The notes beneath the pieces were generated by a model that did no database searches, was not told the origin of the DNA, and saw only the letters and a list, made by a program, of their open reading frames with translations. Below are positions 58,110 through 64,000 of a DNA stretch of 64,000 nt, piece by piece (within the stretch, counting starts at the first letter, position 1; each line of letters starts with the position of its first letter). The stretch is from a virus, in the UHGV virus genome UHGV-1550212. One strand, written 5' to 3'. The translations under genes and the position numbers were made by a program.

Positions 58110-58164
58110 TGGCAGGTTTCTTGCTTTGTAAAGCTTGGATAGAGGATGGATTTTATATGTTGAT

Positions 58165-58193
58165 ATTGTACAACATGCAAAATGCATTTGCAT
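58165..58193 (-). promoter_or_regulatory. Sigma70-like promoter (ATGCAA-N17-TACAAT)
   Basis: Direct reading; proximal of a tandem pair. Confidence 0.4.
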
Positions 58194-58211
58194 TTTGATA
58201 CAACATGCATT

Positions 58212-58240
58212 TTGATACAACATATATTGTCATTTTGCAC
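58212..58240 (-). promoter_or_regulatory. Sigma70-like promoter (GTGCAA-N17-TATCAA)
   Basis: Direct reading; distal of tandem pair. Confidence 0.35.
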
Positions 58241-58445
58241 AGTCTGAGGCAATCAAATCTTTGTCAAAGCATTCATCTATAATGTCTTCAATAAGATACG
58301 CTTCGACATTGTTAAGCTTCAAGATATCTACGAGTTTTGCTTTGATATCGCAAGCTAATGCAGATTCAACTGTATGCAATATGACTGATGATGCGACATG
58401 CTTGTCTGTCATCATTTGTAATTGCTGTGGTGTTACTCTACTCAT
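58230..58445 (-). CDS. Hypothetical protein (71 aa)
   Basis: ATG start, ATGA overlap with kinase gene. Confidence 0.45.
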   Translation of the reverse strand: MSRVTPQQLQMMTDKHVASSVILHTVESALACDIKAKLVDILKLNNVEAYLIEDIIDECFDKDLIASDCAK

Positions 58446-59014
58446 GCGCCAAGTTCAGCTAAGCATTTTAGCACATTGTCTTGCAGACTTACATTGTTGT
58501 CGATTTCGACAATATGCAATGGTGAGTTCTTTCGCCACTCATCATATGCAGCAATCATTTTATTGCGTTTGTTGACATCAATGTTGACATCGCCACAAAA
58601 GTTATCAACAAAATCTGGTGCAACATCACGCTTGCATAAGAACACTATATGCGGCAATGTTGCAAGCTTCTTTTCATATGCTTCAAAGAATGCTTGATGC
58701 TTATCAGTGTGCAACTCTTTGTAAAGCGTTGTGTTAAAGATTTGATGTGTGATGAACGAACGGTCACACAAAAATGTTGCTTTGCCAAAGCCTTTAGAGT
58801 CATTTCCAATGAACTCTAAGAAGAAGCGCCAATCATAAAAGAACGCTTCATTGAGGTCCCAAGGTTCGGGCATTGGGTCATCACCTGACTCATGCTGTTG
58901 CCACCAAGAACGAGATGTTCGTTTGCAATTGATAAACCATGGGCGCCACTTCATCAATTCATTGATGAGTGTTGTTTTGCCTGAAGCTTCTACACCTTCA
59001 AATATCGCTATCAT
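58442..59014 (-). CDS. P-loop nucleotide kinase (thymidylate kinase-like)
   Basis: IAIFEGVEASGKTTLI (Walker A). Confidence 0.65.
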   Translation of the reverse strand: MIAIFEGVEASGKTTLINELMKWRPWFINCKRTSRSWWQQHESGDDPMPEPWDLNEAFFYDWRFFLEFIGNDSKGFGKATFLCDRSFITHQIFNTTLYKELHTDKHQAFFEAYEKKLATLPHIVFLCKRDVAPDFVDNFCGDVNIDVNKRNKMIAAYDEWRKNSPLHIVEIDNNVSLQDNVLKCLAELGA

Positions 59015-59039
59015 TGTGTATTATGTTTGATTTTTGATT

Positions 59040-59068
59040 ACAGTACAACGTAGTTATGCTCATTGCAC
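59040..59068 (-). promoter_or_regulatory. Weak sigma70-like promoter (GTGCAA-N17-TACTGT)
   Basis: Direct reading. Confidence 0.3.
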
Positions 59069-60616
59069 TTCTACGAATGGCTCTTTCAACACAAAGCTGT
59101 CACCATTGCAACATGCGGCTGAGCCATCGTCTGCATCAAGTGCACATGACATATCAGACTTGCAGAACTTGCAATATAAACATGACCATGCATGACTCAT
59201 GAAGTTGTTTGCTTCACAAATTGCGCAACGCTCATGCATAAGTGCATTGTCGCAATTATCACAAGACTTCTTGATTGGCACAGTTTTGTTGATGTATGCA
59301 AGATGCAATGCAATATCATACACAAAGTCACCCGTATATTGCTGAATGAAATCAGTATGCCACAACTCTTTTAACAATTGTGCATGTCTATATGGCTGAA
59401 CAATGTCTTCAAGATGCTGCAAGTCATCATCGCTAACCATGAGCTTCTTAATGACAAATTGTTTGAACTGTGGCCATCTGTCAAACATATAGAGTTTGCA
59501 TGAGTTGTGCACAAGTGGAACACAGCCAAGCACAATGCTTTCACAGAATCTACGCAAACTAAAACAGTTTGCATCATATGACGGCACAATCAATGTGAAT
59601 CTGCTATGCTTGATGAGTTCAAGGTATGTGTCATATGGCAGTAGCTTATCTGACAATTGCTGTTGTTGTTTGTCTCTGCTGAAAAATCTGAACACAATAC
59701 CCTTGTCAATTGCATCTTGATTGTGCAGATGCATGAGTTTGTTGATGAGTTCTGTGCGTTCAGTTTTGTCTCGCCAAGTATTCGTCAATGCAAATGCAAA
59801 ATTCAGTCGCTTGTCATCAAACGTCGCTTCAATATCATTCCAAGTTTTGTCATGCAAATACCAGTATTGCTGTGATGGGCACCATCCATAATATGCAATA
59901 GCATCTTGTTCTGCTGTAACGTCATACACATATGCAGAATTGTATTCAAGGCCAAGCCTTTTGACGTTGTTGCAGTCATGAAAGTACCAATGCTGCACTT
60001 TGAATATCTTTGATGCACTGAATGCGCTTTCATATGGCCCTGAATAGCGATAGTCAATGTAATTGAGCTTGTGCTGCAATGGGTCTTCGACAAAGTTGTT
60101 TATGACTGTGCCTTGTTGTTTGCCCTTAGTCTTGCGAGCATTCAATGCAACATTGTATTGCATGATGACTGACAGCATCTCATACACTACATACATGAGT
60201 GCTTTGTAGACTGAGCCTGCTGCGTCAATTAGTGGCAAATCACGTTTGACTGATGTAGCGCCAAATGTCTTGCAATATGCAGAAAATGTGTCAAGTTCTG
60301 CTTGCTGAAATGAATTGCATGCACCATTGAATATGTTGAATGTTGCAATGTAGCTCATATTGCAAGATGTCATTGACATATCAAGACGCTTCATAATGTC
60401 GACAATGCGACATTGAGCAAAATCTGACACATCAACATATTTGACATGATGGCCTGATGTAGTCAAGCCATCTGCGACATCTTTCATCTGTGGCACAAAG
60501 CCTACAACAATGAATAAGTCATCTTTGTTTGCTCGTTCAAACATTGCTGCACTTTTCCAAGTCAATGAATTGAAAAAGTCTATGTAGCCAGTTTGAGTGA
60601 TTATATGCGTTCTCAT
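59060..60616 (-). CDS. Glycosyltransferase-like protein (GT-B type), cassette 2
   Basis: ...VPSYDANCFSLRRFCESIVLGCVPLV; N-terminus also parallels 54780..56012. Confidence 0.45.
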   Translation of the reverse strand: MRTHIITQTGYIDFFNSLTWKSAAMFERANKDDLFIVVGFVPQMKDVADGLTTSGHHVKYVDVSDFAQCRIVDIMKRLDMSMTSCNMSYIATFNIFNGACNSFQQAELDTFSAYCKTFGATSVKRDLPLIDAAGSVYKALMYVVYEMLSVIMQYNVALNARKTKGKQQGTVINNFVEDPLQHKLNYIDYRYSGPYESAFSASKIFKVQHWYFHDCNNVKRLGLEYNSAYVYDVTAEQDAIAYYGWCPSQQYWYLHDKTWNDIEATFDDKRLNFAFALTNTWRDKTERTELINKLMHLHNQDAIDKGIVFRFFSRDKQQQQLSDKLLPYDTYLELIKHSRFTLIVPSYDANCFSLRRFCESIVLGCVPLVHNSCKLYMFDRWPQFKQFVIKKLMVSDDDLQHLEDIVQPYRHAQLLKELWHTDFIQQYTGDFVYDIALHLAYINKTVPIKKSCDNCDNALMHERCAICEANNFMSHAWSCLYCKFCKSDMSCALDADDGSAACCNGDSFVLKEPFVEVQ

Positions 60617-61779
60617 GATTTGAATGTTTGTTCAAGAATTGTATAGCACTGTGCAATCATTGTTGCAAGAGCTTTTTGCTGAAGCTGTTTGCAATTTGAA
60701 GATATTGTGTATTGCTGACGCTCAGTTGTAGTACTGCTTAATGTCGCAAATTGCAGGTACTCATCTTCTGACATGATATCAGCAAACAATGCAGACAATT
60801 CATAATCTACAATGACATTTGAGCAGTTTGCAAGTACGCCTTCAACCCATCGATTTGGCAACAAACATGCTTGCACATACAATGAATCGCCGACTACAAG
60901 ATTGCACATTGACTGCGACATTACATACGTCATCATGTCATATGGCACTTTGTACTTAAGTGTGAAGTTTTGTGCTGCTGACTTAATTGCTTGCAGAATT
61001 GTGTCATCAAGATATGATGTTATAAGGCAAGTATTGTATGCCTGCATAATGTAACGCTCAATCACGCTTCTACGATACTCGTCAAGATATGTGAAACCTG
61101 CACAACTTGCACAACATGCATATTGCTGCTTTATGTCAGCAAAGCTACACACATGCGCTTCAATTGCATTTTGCATTGTTGCTTGTCGTTTGAGCAATCT
61201 TGGCTCTTTAATGCATTGAAGCTTCAATGCATTGACTGCTGCAATGATTTGCAATGGCACAAACACGCATTGAGACTCATCAAGCCAAGCATACTTGAGA
61301 TTTTTATGTTGACACAGATGCGTAATGTTGTCTTTTTGTGATTCTAAGTACTCTTTGTAATTATGCAATCGCTTTGTCAATGTGCACTCTTTGTCAAAAT
61401 CAAATCGCAAATCAGTTGTTAGTGTAAATTTGCGAACATTTGACAAGCACCATGCTTTGAATGCATTCCACAGAACATCTTGCTGAAATTCTGAACAATG
61501 TTCAAGAGCAGCCTTTGAGCCCTGCCAGAATATTGCGCAATCATCTGATTTTGCACACTTCAGCATATCTTGCCATGCATGTATGCTATTGATGATATGC
61601 ACTTTATTATGCACAAGCTCATTAAGTGTTGCATGCTTGTTCTCAGGGTCGCCAAACACGTATACTGTATCAAACATTGTTTGAACAAACCCTGCAAATG
61701 CAATGGGTTCTGTATGTTTAAGATGCTGTATGTCTGAACGCACACATGTGTCAAATTTCAAAATGAAGAGTTTGCTCAT
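60613..61779 (-). CDS. Possible DNA glycosyltransferase, cassette 2 partner
   Basis: ...IFWQGSKAA...TLTTDLRFDF; paralog of 56000..57175. Confidence 0.4.
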   Translation of the reverse strand: MSKLFILKFDTCVRSDIQHLKHTEPIAFAGFVQTMFDTVYVFGDPENKHATLNELVHNKVHIINSIHAWQDMLKCAKSDDCAIFWQGSKAALEHCSEFQQDVLWNAFKAWCLSNVRKFTLTTDLRFDFDKECTLTKRLHNYKEYLESQKDNITHLCQHKNLKYAWLDESQCVFVPLQIIAAVNALKLQCIKEPRLLKRQATMQNAIEAHVCSFADIKQQYACCASCAGFTYLDEYRRSVIERYIMQAYNTCLITSYLDDTILQAIKSAAQNFTLKYKVPYDMMTYVMSQSMCNLVVGDSLYVQACLLPNRWVEGVLANCSNVIVDYELSALFADIMSEDEYLQFATLSSTTTERQQYTISSNCKQLQQKALATMIAQCYTILEQTFKS

Positions 61780-62416
61780 ATGCTTTGCAATTATCTATTA
61801 CATGTTGATATTGTACTTCATCTATGATGTGATTTGCAATGACACCATATGACGTGTCATACATTGGCATCTTCTCATATGACAATGCTGCGTCAAGATT
61901 GCATATCACATAATTGCAATGCACAATGTCATCTACATTGTCACTAACTGCTACGATATTGACGCAATTTGCAAGAAATGCATCATCAAAGTCTACTTGA
62001 TTGCATGCAACCTCATAATCTGCAGCACTTCTTGGGTACCAATATAACTCAATGCCGGCACTACTAAGTAGTCGCAAGCCATCTATGTGATGATACAAGT
62101 CAACAAAATGCACTTGCTTAACGCCTGCTTGCAAAATAAGCTTTGCGCAATCAATGCATGGACTATATGTTACATATAGCACTGCGTCATTTGCAGTCGC
62201 ATTGCCATATTTGCACAGCTTCATCAATGCATTTGATTCTGCATGCAAAACTTCTTTGTTGGTTTTGATGCCTGCTGATGTTGCATGTTCACAACAATTT
62301 GACATGCCAGTTGGCATGCCATTGTAGCCATCTGAAATTATGCAGCCATCTTTTACAAGCAATGCGCCGACTTTTGCTCGCTGAGCATGTGAATTTAATG
62401 ACCAGAGCTCAGCCAT
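61751..62416 (-). CDS. dCMP deaminase
   Basis: HAESNAL (H-A-E zinc motif), SPCIDCAKLI (PCxxC); start chosen at MAELW (62416), ATG at 62476 also in frame. Confidence 0.75.
   Translation of the reverse strand: MAELWSLNSHAQRAKVGALLVKDGCIISDGYNGMPTGMSNCCEHATSAGIKTNKEVLHAESNALMKLCKYGNATANDAVLYVTYSPCIDCAKLILQAGVKQVHFVDLYHHIDGLRLLSSAGIELYWYPRSAADYEVACNQVDFDDAFLANCVNIVAVSDNVDDIVHCNYVICNLDAALSYEKMPMYDTSYGVIANHIIDEVQYQHVIDNCKAYEQTLHFEI
61810..61839 (-). promoter_or_regulatory. Sigma70-like promoter (TTGCAA-N18-TACAAT) inside 3' end of deaminase gene
   Basis: Direct reading. Confidence 0.4.
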
Positions 62417-62480
62417 TTTAAGATATATGAGATTTCGTTGAAACCACTTTGTTTCAGACCAAGTTAGCCATTTCATATGC

Positions 62481-63863
62481 TTATAGTGAATTTATGATTT
62501 TGCTGAAGTCTGTTACAATGTTTGAATGCAACTCAATGAGATAGTTGTCTTGCAATGTCATAAGCTCATCAAGTTCATCTACACTTAATGACTTGAAGAC
62601 TTCTGCACAATGCTTGGCATTTTTGATGTGTGCGACTTTATGATACTTGATAAAGTCAGGACACACACAATTATTCACGTACATACAAGGCAAGCCTGCA
62701 AGCATTGATTCAGTTGCTCTGAATGTAATTGCGTTGCATTGTTTCATATTCTCTTCACACACAATGTATGCAAAATCGAACTGTGACAAGTATGTTAACA
62801 TGTCAAAATACTTGATTGTGCCATCATAGACATGTGGCATATCAATGTCAATATTGCCGACAACATGAGTTTCGATGTCTGCGCAGCCAAGCAAATCAAT
62901 GACTTCTTGTTTGCGTTCAGCACACATGTCATTCCAAGCCACCATCGGCATTGCAGTAGTCAACTTGCCTGATTGCAATTTTGCTAAACGTTTTTCATTA
63001 TGTGATGCATACAATGGAATGCCTTCAAGTCTTGCATGCTGAATTGCGTTGACATTGATTTCTGTCAACATTGACAACGCATTATGTATGTTCTGCGCTT
63101 GTGTGACAACTGTCATCTTTTTGCAGTGCAATCTAAAGTTTGCAATGTGTGGCACGAGTCGTAAATCATACCATAGCCATACAATGTCGCCCTTCCATGA
63201 TTCAATGAGCTGCTTGTGCTGTTTGTAGATGACTGACTGACTCATCGAGTCATTCATTGCTGAGCATACAATGTACAACACACCATATTTGTCAATTGAG
63301 TGCTGCACATAGTCAGCTGAGCAGCATAGCACATCTTTGTCGAAAAGTTTTGGGTCATGCACTTCTGCATCATCTACAATAAGATGCGCCTTGTATTGAT
63401 GCCGCTTTGTTACATCAATGATGCGAGCAATTGCGAAACATTCTCTGCTTTGAATGTCTGTCTTGTCTTGTCGCAGCTGGTCTTGTGTTCGTACTGGATA
63501 CGCAGGTTTCAGTATTACAGGCACAAAATGTGTTTTTGCAGAATATGGTGCATCTACTGCAGCAAACTCCGCGTTGCATCGTTGTGAATGCAGATGTCGT
63601 GCATATGATTGCAACAATTCATGAATCATTGCAATATACTCTTCCAATTCAAACAGCTCGTGTTCAGTTGCGTTTGTTATGTCAACTACGACAGTTTGTC
63701 GCACAATTGGATACACACAAATAACGTAATCATTATATGGCAGTGGAATGCCTATAAATGTTGAGCATCTGTTTCGAAGCCATGCAATGCAATCAACATC
63801 AAACACAATTTCATATTGCTGCTGCAAAGCATTTAATTGCGCTATAATCAAATCATTGTGCAT
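62481..63863 (-). CDS. Glycosyltransferase-like protein (GT-B type), 460 aa
   Basis: ...ITFRATESMLAGLPCMYV (E...G.P motif). Confidence 0.4.
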   Translation of the reverse strand: MHNDLIIAQLNALQQQYEIVFDVDCIAWLRNRCSTFIGIPLPYNDYVICVYPIVRQTVVVDITNATEHELFELEEYIAMIHELLQSYARHLHSQRCNAEFAAVDAPYSAKTHFVPVILKPAYPVRTQDQLRQDKTDIQSRECFAIARIIDVTKRHQYKAHLIVDDAEVHDPKLFDKDVLCCSADYVQHSIDKYGVLYIVCSAMNDSMSQSVIYKQHKQLIESWKGDIVWLWYDLRLVPHIANFRLHCKKMTVVTQAQNIHNALSMLTEINVNAIQHARLEGIPLYASHNEKRLAKLQSGKLTTAMPMVAWNDMCAERKQEVIDLLGCADIETHVVGNIDIDMPHVYDGTIKYFDMLTYLSQFDFAYIVCEENMKQCNAITFRATESMLAGLPCMYVNNCVCPDFIKYHKVAHIKNAKHCAEVFKSLSVDELDELMTLQDNYLIELHSNIVTDFSKIINSL

Positions 63864-63892
63864 GTTCGTATTGTTTTATCATATATGAATAT

Positions 63893-63921
63893 ATTGTACA
63901 ACATGTATTGAGCTTTTGCAC
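63893..63921 (-). promoter_or_regulatory. Sigma70-like promoter (GTGCAA-N17-TACAAT), proximal
   Basis: Direct reading. Confidence 0.45.
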
Positions 63922-63945
63922 AACACTTGTTGTTAAAATATCGTC

Positions 63946-63974
63946 ATTGTACAACATAAAGTGCATACTTGCAC
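63946..63974 (-). promoter_or_regulatory. Sigma70-like promoter (GTGCAA-N17-TACAAT), distal
   Basis: Direct reading. Confidence 0.45.
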
Positions 63975-64000
63975 TTTGTGTTGCTAAAAATATCGTTATT

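Noticed and set aside
58022-58252. Track ORF of 76 aa
   Set aside because: Spans the terminator hairpin and promoter motifs, junk-like composition; the 45-aa ORF 57913..58050 in another frame is the better candidate.
1-64000. Prophage or integrated-element boundary
   Set aside because: No integrase, recombinase, attachment-site-like repeats or host housekeeping genes; gene content is that of a lytic phage.

Overview
This 64-kb window looks like part of a large virulent tailed dsDNA phage with T4-like gene content but a different gene order. I count about 65 protein-coding genes, nearly all on the minus strand and tightly packed, often with ATGA start/stop overlaps. I recognised no rRNA, tRNA, CRISPR array, integrase or transposase. 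All product calls come from reading motifs in the six-frame translations and comparing them with family signatures recalled from memory; no database search or computation was possible, so they are hypotheses. Where the ORF track began at TTG/GTG, I trimmed to the first in-frame ATG. Layout: 1-21 kb is mainly virion and morphogenesis genes (sheath-like, prohead protease fused to a long acidic domain, portal-like, Ig-repeat protein, gp55-like sigma factor) plus a plus-strand RuvC-like resolvase and two paralogous repeat/nuclease-like genes. 21-43 kb holds a family-B DNA polymerase split into two genes with dUTPase and MazG genes between the halves, many small ORFs, large tail/baseplate-size proteins, a signal-peptide repeat protein and a DnaQ-like exonuclease. 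43-64 kb is nucleotide metabolism and an apparent DNA hypermodification module: thymidylate synthase, a dCMP hydroxymethylase-like paralog, dCMP deaminase, nucleotide kinase, HAD phosphatase, Fe-S helicase, an Mre11-Rad50 fusion and five glycosyltransferase-like genes. Regulatory signals read directly from the sequence: a recurrent sigma70-like promoter motif (nTGCAA-N17-TACAAT, 14 copies, all minus-sense, all between 18 and 64 kb), perfect-palindrome hairpin terminators, and a shared palindromic 5' leader element. No start codon I inspected has a Shine-Dalgarno sequence. The strongest candidate for an undescribed system is the hydroxymethyl-cytosine-type modification module with duplicated glycosyltransferase cassettes; other leads are listed in the findings.
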